A stretch of DNA of 64,000 nucleotides from Candidatus Moranbacteria bacterium GW2011_GWC2_40_12 (lineage in GTDB: Bacteria; Patescibacteriota; Minisyncoccia; Moranbacterales; UBA11712): contig LBYD01000002.1 of the NCBI GenBank assembly GCA_000995965.1, positions 270,563-334,562 of the forward strand, written 5' to 3'. Of the stretch, positions 36,830-49,148 are shown one piece after another. The notes beneath the pieces were generated by a model that worked only from the letters and a program-made list of their open reading frames with translations, was not told the DNA's origin and made no database searches. Each line of letters opens with the position of its first letter. Position 1 is the first letter of the stretch. The position numbers were made by a program, and so were the translations under genes.

Positions 36830-38587
36830 TTGATCACTGTTCCTTGTTCACTGAAAAAAATGATAGCAACAAGAACTCGCCCCGATACGTCAGGTGCCAG
36901 GCGCCGTGCCAACCGAGGGGCTGTCAGAAACAATTTGAGAGTCATCCCGCTGGGAGGGCTTGAAGAAGTCGGCCGAAATATGACTGTCTTTGAGTATGGG
37001 AAAGACATTGTCATCGTCGATATGGGGCTGCAATTTCCGGAAGAGGATATGCCGGGGATTGACTATATAATCCCGAACTCCGATTATCTTCGCGGAAAAG
37101 AAAAAAATATCCGCGGTGTTATCATTACCCATGGCCATTATGACCACATCGGGGCCATTCCGCATCTTATTCCCAAACTTGGAAACCCTCCAGTCTTCGC
37201 GACAGAACTCACCCGCGGGATAATCATGAAACGTCAAGAAGAATATAAAAATCCGATCACAATCAAAACTGTCAAAAAAATAGACCGTTTGAAACTTGGA
37301 ATTTTCGACATCGAATTTTTTCACGTCAACCATACTATTCCAGACGGAGTAGGAGTATCGATAGGGACTCCGGTGGGAACAGTGATAGCGACGGGGGACT
37401 TCAAATTCGACCACAGCCCAATCGGTGACGCGCCGGCCGATATTGCCAAAATAGCCCGCATTGGCTCAGAGGGGGTACTTGCGCTTCTTTCTGATTCGAC
37501 GGACAGTCAAACGCCGGGATATTCTATTTCTGAATCTACGATCAAAAAAAATCTCGACGAAGTTCTCGAACACACCAGCGGAAGAATTATCGTCGCTACA
37601 TTCTCATCGCTCATCAGCCGCATCCAGCAGCTCATCCAGCTTTCAGAAAAATACGGGAGGAAGGTGGCAATCGACGGATATTCCATGAAAACAAATGTGG
37701 AAATCGCGAGGACGCTCGGGTATCTCGAAGTGCGCAAAAATACACTAATTCCGATCAACGAGGTGAATGATCATCCCGACAGTAAAGTGACGATTATTTG
37801 CACCGGCGCCCAGGGTGAAGACAAGGCGGTTCTGATGCGGATCGTAAACAACGAACACCGCTTCGTGAAAATCCACAAAAACGATACAATCGTATTTTCC
37901 TCTTCAGTTGTTCCGGGGAATGAACGGACGGTTCAAGGCCTCAAAGACGGGCTTTACCGTCGGGGCGCGAGAGTAATCCACAATGATATGCTTGATGTAC
38001 ATGCCGGAGGCCATGCCCGCCAGGAAGATCTCAAAATGATGATCAATCTTCTGCGGCCCAAATATTTGATTCCGGTGCACGGCCACTATTATATGAGGCG
38101 CCTGCACGGAGAACTGGCCGAGCAAGTCGGCATGAGCCTTGAGAATGTCTTTATTGGTTCTAATGGCCAGGTGATTGAATTCGATTATCGCGGAAACGGG
38201 AAACTGATGGATGAAAAAGCGCCTTCAAGTTATGTAATGGTAGACGGTCTTGGCGTCGGCGACATCGGCCAGGTTGTTCTTCGCGACCGGCAGGTTCTGG
38301 CAAAAGACGGAATGTTCACGATTGTGACAATCATTGATTCCAAAACCAAGCGGGTCATCGGCGAGCCGCAAGTTACTTCGAGGGGTTTTATATATGTGAA
38401 GGAAAATTTTGATCTCGTGAACGCGACCAAAAAGAAAGTGAAAGACGTGGTCCACAACGCGACTTCAAAAGACGAGAAAGTCAACTGGGCCTATGTCAAA
38501 GACAATATCCGCGACACGGTCGGCCAATTTCTCTATTCGAAAACCCAACGCCGCCCGATGGTCCTGCCAGTGGTGATTGAGGTGTAG
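36830..38587 (+). CDS. rnj: Ribonuclease J (metallo-beta-lactamase/beta-CASP RNase); N-terminal ~25 aa of ORF probably not translated
   Basis: 'LRVIPLGGLEEVGRNMTVFEYG..IVIVDMGLQFP', 'VIITHGHYDHIGAIPHL', beta-CASP and C-terminal domain. Confidence 0.93.
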   Translation: MITVPCSLKKMIATRTRPDTSGARRRANRGAVRNNLRVIPLGGLEEVGRNMTVFEYGKDIVIVDMGLQFPEEDMPGIDYIIPNSDYLRGKEKNIRGVIITHGHYDHIGAIPHLIPKLGNPPVFATELTRGIIMKRQEEYKNPITIKTVKKIDRLKLGIFDIEFFHVNHTIPDGVGVSIGTPVGTVIATGDFKFDHSPIGDAPADIAKIARIGSEGVLALLSDSTDSQTPGYSISESTIKKNLDEVLEHTSGRIIVATFSSLISRIQQLIQLSEKYGRKVAIDGYSMKTNVEIARTLGYLEVRKNTLIPINEVNDHPDSKVTIICTGAQGEDKAVLMRIVNNEHRFVKIHKNDTIVFSSSVVPGNERTVQGLKDGLYRRGARVIHNDMLDVHAGGHARQEDLKMMINLLRPKYLIPVHGHYYMRRLHGELAEQVGMSLENVFIGSNGQVIEFDYRGNGKLMDEKAPSSYVMVDGLGVGDIGQVVLRDRQVLAKDGMFTIVTIIDSKTKRVIGEPQVTSRGFIYVKENFDLVNATKKKVKDVVHNATSKDEKVNWAYVKDNIRDTVGQFLYSKTQRRPMVLPVVIEV

Positions 38588-38917
38588 TGAAAAGTCCGGC
38601 TCTGGGGAATTGCGGCAACTTAACTTTACCCTAGAGCTGAGCTCTAGGGTCAGTGAACCTTTTTTGTCCGTAAAGCGAAGCAAATAAGCGCATTCAGGAA
38701 TTTCAGTAAGATGCTTTCCTCTGAGCACCAGGCGCAGGCGCATTCCTTTGTGCCACAGATCAGGCAGAATGTTGTGAAAAACCATTACCGCTCCGCGTAA
38801 TTCCGTAATCAGGAGAGTGCTGACTTTAGCGGGAAAATTGCTAAGAGTATCCTGTTCCAGATCACTGAGCTGGTAACGAGAAACTTCCCAGTCGTATATA
38901 TCTTCGAAAAAAGCCAT
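38465..38917 (-). CDS. Hypothetical protein; ORF reads through the palindromic element (LTLELSSRVKL) into antisense of rnj 3' end - C-terminal ~75 aa doubtful
   Basis: N-terminal ~90 aa (38651-38917) in clean intergenic space; remainder overlaps repeat and rnj. Confidence 0.35.
   Translation of the reverse strand: MAFFEDIYDWEVSRYQLSDLEQDTLSNFPAKVSTLLITELRGAVMVFHNILPDLWHKGMRLRLVLRGKHLTEIPECAYLLRFTDKKGSLTLELSSRVKLSCRNSPEPDFSLHLNHHWQDHRAALGFRIEKLADRVADIVFDIGPVDFLVF
38627..38650. repeat. Palindromic repeat element (accctagagctgagctctagggt) + T-run, second locus
   Basis: Identical core to 27374-27397; followed by ttttttg so likely acts as terminator after rnj. Confidence 0.8.
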
Positions 38918-39047
38918 GTGTTTTTCTCCGGATATTTTTTTCGAATGTAGCTAATTAACCCAAAAAAAGCCAACTTTAGCGTAAGCTCTTTACTTTTTAT
39001 TCAAACTGCTATACAATAAACGCTTAGCAGTTTTCTTTTGCTTCAAA

Positions 39048-41840
39048 ATGAACAAATCCCATCTTATCATCAAAGGGGCGCGGGTGAATAATTTGAAAAA
39101 CGTCTCCGTCAAGATTCCCCGTGACAAAATTGTGGTCATCACCGGCCTTTCGGGCTCCGGGAAAAGCTCGCTTGCTTTTGACACGATTTTCGCCGAAGGG
39201 CATCGCCGCTATGTTGAAAACCTTTCCGCCTACGCGCGGCAATTTTTGAACGTTGCAAAAAAGCCGGATGTCGACAAAATCGAGAACCTTTCGCCGGTGA
39301 TCGCCATCAATCAGATAAACGTCAACCGTTCGCCGAGGTCAACTGTTGGAACAATGACCGAGATATACGACTATTTCCGGATTCTTTTCGCTCAAATAGG
39401 GAAACCGCATTGCCCGAAATGCGGCGCAGCGCTCACTCGAAAGACGGCCGCTGAAGTTGCAAAAGAAACGATTGCGCATTCAGGCGGGAGAGAAGCGCAA
39501 ATTGCGGTTCTGGCGCCGATTCAAATCGGGAACGAAAGCGCCAAAGAAAAATTATCCGAAATCAAGCAGTCCGGATACGCGCGCCTTCGGGTAAACAAAA
39601 AAATAATGACGGCTGACCAGCTTCAACTGGCGGGCCATCCCGGGATTGAAAGCTTGGAAGTCGTTGTTGATCGAGTGACGATAAAAAACAACTTTCAGGA
39701 CAAGGAAAGGCTGATTGACTCGATTGAAACTGCCATGAAATTGGGGAAAGGCGAAGTGATAATTGCTTCGACTGAAAAAAACGATTTAGAAAAAAGATAT
39801 AACCGTTATCTTTTTTGCGCGGACTGCCAGATCACAATTCCTGAAATCACCCCCCGCCATTTTTCTTTCAATAACCCCGAAGGAGCCTGCCCCGCTTGCT
39901 CGGGACTCGGAACAAAGCTCGAAGTTGATATAGGCCAAATAATCCCAAACAGGAATCTTTCTCTTCGGGAAGGGGCGGTGAGGCCCTGGAGCGGGCTGGG
40001 TCTTCGCGGCGGAATCCAAAATGGCTATCATAAAGCCCTTGAAGCGCTGTCAAAAAAACACCATTTTTCCATGGATAAGCCAGTCAAGGAATTGAAGAAA
40101 ATTGCTTTTGAAGTTCTTCTTCAGGGTGACCAGGAGCTCGGGTACGAGGGAATTGTTCCCACTCTTGAGCGAAAATTCCGTGAAGCTGGATCCGATTTTG
40201 TCCGGTCGGAAATCGAGAAATACATGATTATCAAAATCTGCCCGGTCTGCCGGGGAAAACGTTTGAAGCCGGAATCACTTTCCGTGAAAATTGGCGGCAA
40301 AACGATTGATGATATCAGCAAAATAAGCCTCGACAAATTCAATGCTGAGATCAAAAAAATGATGGGAAGCGAGCAGCTGACATCCGTTGAAAGAGATTTG
40401 TTCAAGGAAATTTTCAAGGAAACGGAAAAGATCGTGGACCATCTTTCAGAAACCGGACTGGGGTATCTCAACCTATCGCGAAACGCCAACTCGCTTTCCG
40501 GCGGGGAGGCGCAAAGGGTGCGTCTGTCAACCCAAATCGGGTCGGGACTAACCGGAATCCTTTACGTTCTCGATGAACCCTCAATCGGACTTCATGAGAG
40601 GGATACCGAAAAACTGATAAGCGCATTCCGGAAGCTCAAAGAAGAAGGGTCAAGTGTCATAGTGGTCGAACATGACGGAAAAATTATCCGTGCGGCTGAC
40701 TGGGTGGTTGATATGGGACCGGGAGCTGGGGATGCCGGAGGCGAGATAGTTTTCGAGGGAACTTCTCAAAAGCTTTTTCTTTCAAAAACTTCAACGGGAA
40801 AATATCTACGCGGAAAGAAAAAAGTTTTTGATAAGAAAAATTTCAGAAAAGGAAATGGAAAAAAGATTGAAATTATCGGCGCAAGCGAAAATAACCTTCG
40901 GGATATCAATGTTTCTTTTCCTCTCGGCAAATTTGTGGCAATGGCCGGTGTTTCGGGATCAGGAAAAAGCACGCTAGTCGAAGACATTCTGGCGCGGTCA
41001 CTTCGCAAACACTTTTGGAAGACCAAAGATATTCCTGGAGCGCATAAAAAAATAAAAGGGTTTGAAAATATCTCAAAGGTAGTGAGTGTTGACCAGTCGC
41101 CGATTGGCCGCACGCCTCGTTCCAATGCGGCGACCTATACGGGAATTTTTTCTTATATCCGGGATATTTTTGCCGATACCGACGAGGCTAAAAAACGCGG
41201 TTATATTCCTTCACGCTTCAGCTTCAATATGAAAGGCGGGCGCTGCGAGGCCTGCCAAGGCGAAGGACAAAAGAAAATCGAAATGCATCTTCTTCCTGAC
41301 ATTTTTGCTCCGTGTGAAATTTGCGCCGGGTCGCGTTTCAACGCGAAAACGCTGGAAATTGAATACCAGGGAGTGAATGTGGCCGAAGTTCTTGATATGA
41401 GCGTTGATTACGCCCTTCGTTTTTTCCATCGTTTTCCGCTGGTGGCAGAAAAACTGAAAACTCTTTCCGAAGTGGGGCTTGGATATTTGAAGCTTGGTCA
41501 GTCGGCGATGAATCTTTCCGGAGGGGAGGCCCAGAGAATCAAACTTTCAACGGAGCTGGCCCGCCGAACCAATGGAAAAACGTTGTATATTCTCGACGAG
41601 CCGACTATCGGTCTTCACTTCGAGGATGTTTCGCGGCTTCTCAAAATTCTTGATGAACTGGTGGAAAAAGGAAACACAGTTCTGGTAGTTGAACATAATC
41701 CGGACGTTATCCGCGCGGCCGATTGGGTGATTGAGCTGGGTCCGGAAGGGGGCGAGGATGGTGGCCGGGTAGTTTTTGAGGGAACGCCGGACAAACTTGC
41801 AAGAGCGAAAACGTGGACAGCGCGCTATATGAAACTCTAA
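39048..41840 (+). CDS. uvrA: Excinuclease ABC subunit A
   Basis: Two ABC ATPase modules '[19 protein letters not shown]' and '[15 protein letters not shown]', zinc-finger cysteines, 'LSGGEAQR' signatures twice; 930 aa. Confidence 0.97.
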   Translation: MNKSHLIIKGARVNNLKNVSVKIPRDKIVVITGLSGSGKSSLAFDTIFAEGHRRYVENLSAYARQFLNVAKKPDVDKIENLSPVIAINQINVNRSPRSTVGTMTEIYDYFRILFAQIGKPHCPKCGAALTRKTAAEVAKETIAHSGGREAQIAVLAPIQIGNESAKEKLSEIKQSGYARLRVNKKIMTADQLQLAGHPGIESLEVVVDRVTIKNNFQDKERLIDSIETAMKLGKGEVIIASTEKNDLEKRYNRYLFCADCQITIPEITPRHFSFNNPEGACPACSGLGTKLEVDIGQIIPNRNLSLREGAVRPWSGLGLRGGIQNGYHKALEALSKKHHFSMDKPVKELKKIAFEVLLQGDQELGYEGIVPTLERKFREAGSDFVRSEIEKYMIIKICPVCRGKRLKPESLSVKIGGKTIDDISKISLDKFNAEIKKMMGSEQLTSVERDLFKEIFKETEKIVDHLSETGLGYLNLSRNANSLSGGEAQRVRLSTQIGSGLTGILYVLDEPSIGLHERDTEKLISAFRKLKEEGSSVIVVEHDGKIIRAADWVVDMGPGAGDAGGEIVFEGTSQKLFLSKTSTGKYLRGKKKVFDKKNFRKGNGKKIEIIGASENNLRDINVSFPLGKFVAMAGVSGSGKSTLVEDILARSLRKHFWKTKDIPGAHKKIKGFENISKVVSVDQSPIGRTPRSNAATYTGIFSYIRDIFADTDEAKKRGYIPSRFSFNMKGGRCEACQGEGQKKIEMHLLPDIFAPCEICAGSRFNAKTLEIEYQGVNVAEVLDMSVDYALRFFHRFPLVAEKLKTLSEVGLGYLKLGQSAMNLSGGEAQRIKLSTELARRTNGKTLYILDEPTIGLHFEDVSRLLKILDELVEKGNTVLVVEHNPDVIRAADWVIELGPEGGEDGGRVVFEGTPDKLARAKTWTARYMKL

Positions 41841-41953
41841 ATCCGAAATCCTAAATTCTAAATAAATTCTAATTTTCCAAATTCGAATGATCAAAGTGTT
41901 TTGTATTTTGATATTATTTCGGATTTAGTGCTTAGGATTTAGGATTTGATCTT

Positions 41954-42871
41954 ATGCAATCTCAACTTTCCAAAAATATCTTTCAAACTATTCTATATTA
42001 TGATATTCTAAACTATCCGTTGACTTCTTTTGAGGTCTGGAAATATTTGATCGCGGAGAATAGTTGCGGTTTGGGTGATGTGGTTGAAGCGCTTGAAAAA
42101 AGAGATATTGAAAAATATATCGAGGAGTTTCAAGGATTTTATTTTCTGCGCGGGAGGAAAGAATTGGTCGAGCGGCGGATCCAGAATGACAAAAATTCAA
42201 TTCTGAAATACAAAATTGCCGAGCGAGTCGTGAAATGGCTGAGATTTGTCCCGTTTGTTCGGATGATTGCCGTGACGGGAACGCTCGGGATGAAAAATTG
42301 TGAAAAAGATAGTGATATAGATTTTTTTGTGGTTCTCAAAAAAGGAAGAATATTCACCGGGCGGCTGCTGGTTACATCTTTGGTGCACATTTTAGGAAAA
42401 AGAAGATACGGAAACAAAATCAAGAATAGAATATGTTTGAATTATTTTATCACTACTGAGAACTTAGAAATCGGGCGCCAGAACCTTTTTGCCGCGAACG
42501 AATATTCCTTTATATATCCTCTTTTTGGGTTTGATGCATATCAGCGTTTCAGTGAAGAAAATATCGCCTGGATCAAAAAATACAAGTCTAATTTTGAATA
42601 CGGAGACCTAATGCCGGCTAAATATTTCGTGGAGATCGAATCTCTACAGGAGAAAATACAAAGTTTTTTTGAAAGCTTGATAAATCTATTTTGGGGTGAT
42701 AGGATAGAAGCCTGGTTCAAGAGGAAACAGATTGAAAAAATAAAGCGCAACCCGCTCACGTATAAAAAAGGGGGGTACGTGGAATATAATGACGAGAATC
42801 TGATTTTTCTGCCAGAGCCGCAAGGAGAGAAGATCTTTCAAAAATTTCAGGAAAAATTAAAAACGAGCTAA
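41954..42871 (+). CDS. Hypothetical protein with nucleotidyltransferase-fold-like motif
   Basis: 'VTGTLGMKNCEKDSDIDFFVVL' resembles G[SG]-x9-13-D-x-D minimal NTase motif; otherwise unassigned. Confidence 0.4.
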   Translation: MQSQLSKNIFQTILYYDILNYPLTSFEVWKYLIAENSCGLGDVVEALEKRDIEKYIEEFQGFYFLRGRKELVERRIQNDKNSILKYKIAERVVKWLRFVPFVRMIAVTGTLGMKNCEKDSDIDFFVVLKKGRIFTGRLLVTSLVHILGKRRYGNKIKNRICLNYFITTENLEIGRQNLFAANEYSFIYPLFGFDAYQRFSEENIAWIKKYKSNFEYGDLMPAKYFVEIESLQEKIQSFFESLINLFWGDRIEAWFKRKQIEKIKRNPLTYKKGGYVEYNDENLIFLPEPQGEKIFQKFQEKLKTS

Positions 42872-42899
42872 GCCCGATTTAGCTCAATGAGGAGGAGAC

Positions 42900-43154
42900 A
42901 TGGCTGAAAAAGTCGCAAAGGTGGTGCTGACGTATCCGCCAGAAGTGTGGGAAAGAATAAATCCCGAGCAGGAAGCCATGACACTTGGGACTAGAGGTTT
43001 TTACTGCGTGACTGATCTAAAGGAAGGAATTATCAACGCTGTTCCTTTCAGTCACATTGACCCCCGAAAGGTTTTTAACGACGATGTCGTAAGAAATCTG
43101 AAATTGATGGGGATTGGAATTGAATTTAAACCGGAGGAAGTCCAACGATATTAA
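42900..43154 (+). CDS. Hypothetical small protein (84 aa)
   Basis: Strong SD AGGAGGAG upstream; no motif. Confidence 0.4.
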   Translation: MAEKVAKVVLTYPPEVWERINPEQEAMTLGTRGFYCVTDLKEGIINAVPFSHIDPRKVFNDDVVRNLKLMGIGIEFKPEEVQRY

Positions 43155-43202
43155 AACGGATGGCCTGGCGCAACGCCGGGCCACCCAACTTCTTGACAAC
43201 AA

Positions 43203-43278
43203 AAAATAATTTTCTATAATACCTATTGCGGTTGGCAGTCTCGGCGTTCGAGTGCTAACGCTCTCGAACGGAATTGTG
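43203..43278 (+). promoter_or_regulatory. sigma70-like promoter (TTGACA-16-TATAAT) followed by CIRCE-like inverted repeat TTCGAGTGCTAACGCTCTCGAA upstream of groEL
   Basis: TTGACA 43203-08, TATAAT 43225-30; inverted repeat 43257-43278 contains GAGTGCTAA half-site of the CIRCE consensus (TTAGCACTC-N9-GAGTGCTAA). Confidence 0.45.
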
Positions 43279-43369
43279 AAGTGAGAATTGTGAAGTGAGA
43301 ACACGAATATTGAATAAGTGAATCCAGATTCTTTATTCCCATTCTCAATTCCTAATTCATAATTCCTAA

Positions 43370-45130
<1,761 letters not shown>

Positions 45131-45291
45131 AGTAAACTAGTATATTTTTAAGAATAAGGCTTGTATAAGCCTTTTTCTTTTGTTCGGGTTTGTCAAAATC
45201 TGAGAAATGTTCTAAAAAAAGATTAGATTACAAAGTAATCTTTTCCCGAAACTAAATCAATATTAACAATATTTTTGCGCAGGAGGGCGCC

Positions 45292-45657
45292 ATGGGAGAA
45301 ATTGAGGCAGTATTGTTTGGAAATGGACCCGGCGGGTTAGTTTTTTCGGGCAGAGTAGAGTTAAGTGAAATTCCCGGAGATGAAGAAGGCCCATTCAACA
45401 TGGACTGGCCAATGGATGAGAGGGTTTATGAAAAACCCAAAGTAATGACGGAAGTCATCCCGCCATCCAAAAAAGGCCGACACAGGACATTCAAATGCCT
45501 GGTGACTTTCTACACCGGGGAAGAGGTCGCCTTTTACTTCAAAGAAGGCAGGGATACTGTCGAAGAAGACGGTGAGAACTTGCCACTAAAGATGGGTCTT
45601 ATCATGACTGGTGACCGGGGGACACCGTCTGATTACTATGCCTCTCTCCATCTTTGA
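45292..45657 (+). CDS. Hypothetical acidic protein (121 aa)
   Basis: SD GGAGGG upstream; terminator hairpin at ~45688-45725; no motif. Confidence 0.4.
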   Translation: MGEIEAVLFGNGPGGLVFSGRVELSEIPGDEEGPFNMDWPMDERVYEKPKVMTEVIPPSKKGRHRTFKCLVTFYTGEEVAFYFKEGRDTVEEDGENLPLKMGLIMTGDRGTPSDYYASLHL

Positions 45658-45843
45658 ACTTAGGCCGATATTTTTTAGGGGGGAGTAGGCGCCTGTCACG
45701 CGTGAGTTTCCGCGGGGCAGGCGTATTTTTTTCCGGATAGTCTGAAATATATTCGATATTTTACCTTGTGGCATTTTTTTGTGCCCTTTTCTTTTATTTG
45801 TGGTATAATGTAGCTATGAATAATCCGCATAAAACAGAAAAAT

Positions 45844-46800
45844 ATGTTCTGGAAGTTTCTCGACGATATCAATTTTGTCGCCCGGTGCAAAAAGTATAAT
45901 ATAGGCATGTGGCAGTGTCCGAATTTCCTTTTTTTGGTGATGGGCTTCCTGACTGTAGTGTCAATGTTCGGGACATATTTTGCCTCGAAAAGTTTTGACG
46001 ACGAGACAGTGACGATTGTGAGTGTGACCATCGTTGCCGCCATTATTGTCACTATCGGCAGCCTAATTATTCGCGGGGTAGAAAGAATAGCCGAAGCAAA
46101 TGTAATGAAAAACGAGTTCATTTCCATTGTTTCCCACCAGCTTTGCAGTCCTCTTTCGGCGATCAAGTGGAATATGGAGATTTTGGAAAACGATGAATTC
46201 ACAGATTATTCTAAGCTGACTTCAAAACAAGTGATTTTTCTGAAAAATGTCAAAGAGGCTAATGATAAGATGCTAAAGCTCGTTAACCAGCTGCTTGAAG
46301 TCAACCGCATTGACGAGGGAAGGGCGGTCTTGAAACATGAAAATGTTGATCTTGGTGAAATAGCCGACCAGGCAATTTCAGAGCTGAAAGACCTGATATC
46401 GGAGCGGGAGGTTGAAGTAAAGAAAAGAATAGCCCCGGACCTGCCCCCTGTTTCCGCGGACGCAGCGGGAATAAAAACCGCGATCAAGAACCTTATAAGC
46501 AACGCGATAAAGTATTCTCGCCAAAAAGGAGAAGTGGAGGTGGACTTGAAAGCGAACGGAAGAAAAATTCTCCTTACGGTGAAAGACCGGGGGGTCGGTA
46601 TCCCCCGCTACCAGCACAGGAAAGTTTTTGAAAAATTTTTCCGCAGCGCCAACGAAGCCCGATACCGGACGGACGGGATAGGTCTTGGACTTTATCTCGC
46701 GAGAGCAATTGTTGAAAACCTCGGAGGAAAGCTCTGGTTTGAAAGCGAAGCCGGGAAAGGATCAACTTTTTTTGTGAGCATCCCGGTCGTTCAAAAATAA
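45844..46800 (+). CDS. Sensor histidine kinase (TM + HisKA + HATPase_c)
   Basis: 'ISIVSHQLCSPLSAIKW' H-box, 'GIGLGLYLARAIVENLGGKLWFESEAGKGSTF' G-boxes. Confidence 0.85.
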   Translation: MFWKFLDDINFVARCKKYNIGMWQCPNFLFLVMGFLTVVSMFGTYFASKSFDDETVTIVSVTIVAAIIVTIGSLIIRGVERIAEANVMKNEFISIVSHQLCSPLSAIKWNMEILENDEFTDYSKLTSKQVIFLKNVKEANDKMLKLVNQLLEVNRIDEGRAVLKHENVDLGEIADQAISELKDLISEREVEVKKRIAPDLPPVSADAAGIKTAIKNLISNAIKYSRQKGEVEVDLKANGRKILLTVKDRGVGIPRYQHRKVFEKFFRSANEARYRTDGIGLGLYLARAIVENLGGKLWFESEAGKGSTFFVSIPVVQK

Positions 46801-46860
46801 TCGCACAACAAAAGAGCAAACGATTGCGGATCAATAAAACTAACAATTTAATCAAAAAAA

Positions 46861-47241
46861 ATGCCAGAGCAAGAAAAAAAGAAAATATTGGTTATCGAAG
46901 ACGACCGGTCTCTCCAAAACGCCCTGGTTGAAATTATCACTCAGGAAGGATTTGCGTCAGAAAGCGCGTTGGATGGAGAAGAAGGTCTTGCGAAAATAAG
47001 GACTTTCGCGCCGGATCTTATTCTTCTTGACATTATCCTTCCAAAAAAAGACGGCTTTGAGGTGCTGGCGGAGATCAAAAAGGACGAAGCGATGAAAAAT
47101 ATTCCGGTTCTGATTCTCACCAATCTGGAAGAAGTGGATAATGTCCAAAAAGCCCTGGATCTCGGAGCGACAAATTATATGGTGAAATCTGATTTCAGTC
47201 TCAAGGATGTGGTGGAAAAGATAAGAGCATCTATGAAATAA
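46861..47241 (+). CDS. Single-domain response regulator (CheY-like receiver)
   Basis: 'KILVIEDD', phospho-acceptor 'LILLDIILPKKDGFEVL', 'LILTNL..', conserved Lys 'MVKS'. Confidence 0.85.
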   Translation: MPEQEKKKILVIEDDRSLQNALVEIITQEGFASESALDGEEGLAKIRTFAPDLILLDIILPKKDGFEVLAEIKKDEAMKNIPVLILTNLEEVDNVQKALDLGATNYMVKSDFSLKDVVEKIRASMK

Positions 47242-47286
47242 TATTTCAATATTTCTTTTTTATCCTAAACCAAAAATAAAGAAAAA

Positions 47287-49026
47287 ATGTTTGTTGATAA
47301 TGAGAGACTGAAAAGTTTCCTGTTGGACTCTGGAATGGCAAAGGCGGATGTGATCGACCAGGAAATGGAAGAAAGCCAAAGAACCGGCAAACGCCTCGGG
47401 GACCTTTTGGTCGAAAAGAAAATTCTCGACAGCAATCAAATCCGCCAACTTTATTCCTATATTCTGGGGATTCCATTTGTAAATCTTGAAAAGGAACCTA
47501 TCCCGAAAGAGGTTCTTCAGATAATTCCGGAACCGATTGCGAAAAAATACAAGATTGTCGCTTTCAAAAAAACCAATCTTGAGCTCAAAGTGGCCATGCT
47601 CAATCCGGAGGATATCCAGACGATTGACTTCATCCGCAAAAAAACCGGTCTCAAAATTTCTCCTTGCATCACGACGGAAGACGGAATCACAAACGCCCTC
47701 AAGCAATATGAGCAAAGTCTCAAAGCGGAATTCGGAGATATTATCGAAAAAAACAGCGGCGTGATTTCAGGAAAAGGCGATCTTGAAAAGGCGGCCCAGG
47801 ACCTTCCGGTAATTCGGATCGTTGACACGCTTCTCAAGCATGCGATTCTGCAAGAGGCAAGTGACATTCACATTGAGCCCGATGAAAAAGAAGTGAGAGT
47901 AAGATACCGGATTGACGGAATTTTGCATGACGCTATGTCGCTCCCAAAAGCGATCATTGACGGTATTGTCGCTAGAATAAAAATTTTGGCAAATCTGAAG
48001 CTCGACGAGCACCGCATGCCGCAGGATGGAAGATTCAAAATTGATCAGGACGGCCACAGGGTGGCCTTTCGCGTTTCGATTCTTCCTGTTTATTCCGGTG
48101 AAAAAGTTGTGATGCGGCTTCTTGATGAATCGTCGAAGGGCCTTACGCTTGAAGCAATGGGATTATGGGGGAGTCCTCTTGAAAAAATTCACCAAGCAAT
48201 CAAGCGGCCTAATGGAATGATACTGGTGACCGGACCAACTGGATCAGGAAAAACAACAACCCTTTATACAGTAATGGATATTCTCAATACTCCCCAGGTG
48301 AATATTTCCACCGTTGAAGATCCTATAGAATACAAGATGTTTCGCATCAACCAGACACAGGTGAGCCCCCAAATCGGCCTAACTTTTTCCCAAGGACTGC
48401 GGGCGCTTCTTCGGCAAGATCCGGACATCATCATGGTCGGGGAAATTCGCGATAATGAAACGATGGAAATCGCTATTCACGCGGCGATGACCGGCCACCT
48501 GGTTCTTTCCACGCTTCATACAAATAGCGCAGCTGGAACGGTTCCGCGGCTTCTTGATATGGGTGCCGAGCCTTTTCTCATCGCCTCGACAGTCAATGTT
48601 GTGATGGCTCAGCGGCTAGTGCGCCGGTTGTGTTCCGACTGCCGGCAGGGCTTTACTCTAGATAAGGATCTTCTGGAATCTCTTCGCGGGCAAGTCGATT
48701 TGGACAGAGTTCTCGACTTGGCCCGTCAGAATAATATATTGGAAAAATCGCTGGCCGATAACAACGACTGGTCAAAAATCACTTTTTACCGTCCAGGAGG
48801 CTGCTCGCGCTGCCGAAATGAGGGGTACAAAGGAAGAATTGGAATTTTCGAAGTTTTGGAAATCTCTGAAACAATTTCCCAAATGGTCTCGAAGCGGGCA
48901 AGCAGTGATGAGATTGAGGAGCAGGCCAAAAAAGAAGGAATGATGCAAATGATGGAAGACGGAATGATAAAGGCTGTGCAAGGAATCACCTCAATTGAAG
49001 AGATATTGAGAGTAACAAAGGATTAG
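47287..49026 (+). CDS. pilB: Type IV pilus assembly ATPase PilB / GspE family
   Basis: N-terminal GspII-like domain, Walker A 'GMILVTGPTGSGKTTTLY', Asp box, His box, tetracysteine 'CSDCR...CSRCR'. Confidence 0.93.
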   Translation: MFVDNERLKSFLLDSGMAKADVIDQEMEESQRTGKRLGDLLVEKKILDSNQIRQLYSYILGIPFVNLEKEPIPKEVLQIIPEPIAKKYKIVAFKKTNLELKVAMLNPEDIQTIDFIRKKTGLKISPCITTEDGITNALKQYEQSLKAEFGDIIEKNSGVISGKGDLEKAAQDLPVIRIVDTLLKHAILQEASDIHIEPDEKEVRVRYRIDGILHDAMSLPKAIIDGIVARIKILANLKLDEHRMPQDGRFKIDQDGHRVAFRVSILPVYSGEKVVMRLLDESSKGLTLEAMGLWGSPLEKIHQAIKRPNGMILVTGPTGSGKTTTLYTVMDILNTPQVNISTVEDPIEYKMFRINQTQVSPQIGLTFSQGLRALLRQDPDIIMVGEIRDNETMEIAIHAAMTGHLVLSTLHTNSAAGTVPRLLDMGAEPFLIASTVNVVMAQRLVRRLCSDCRQGFTLDKDLLESLRGQVDLDRVLDLARQNNILEKSLADNNDWSKITFYRPGGCSRCRNEGYKGRIGIFEVLEISETISQMVSKRASSDEIEEQAKKEGMMQMMEDGMIKAVQGITSIEEILRVTKD

Positions 49027-49148
49027 TTCGAAATGTCTGCTGAAAATGAGAAATTTATTTTATACATTCAGTTAGTTTTGGCTTTGTAATCATTCTCAAA
49101 TTAAGATCGTCATATTGCATTTAGTTTATAAATTATAATTTACCTTTC

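Noticed and set aside
42900-43154. Possible groES upstream of groEL
   Set aside because: The 84-aa protein lacks GroES hallmarks (no MNIRPL/VLVKR-type N-terminus, no mobile-loop GG/roof hairpin motifs); treated as hypothetical.
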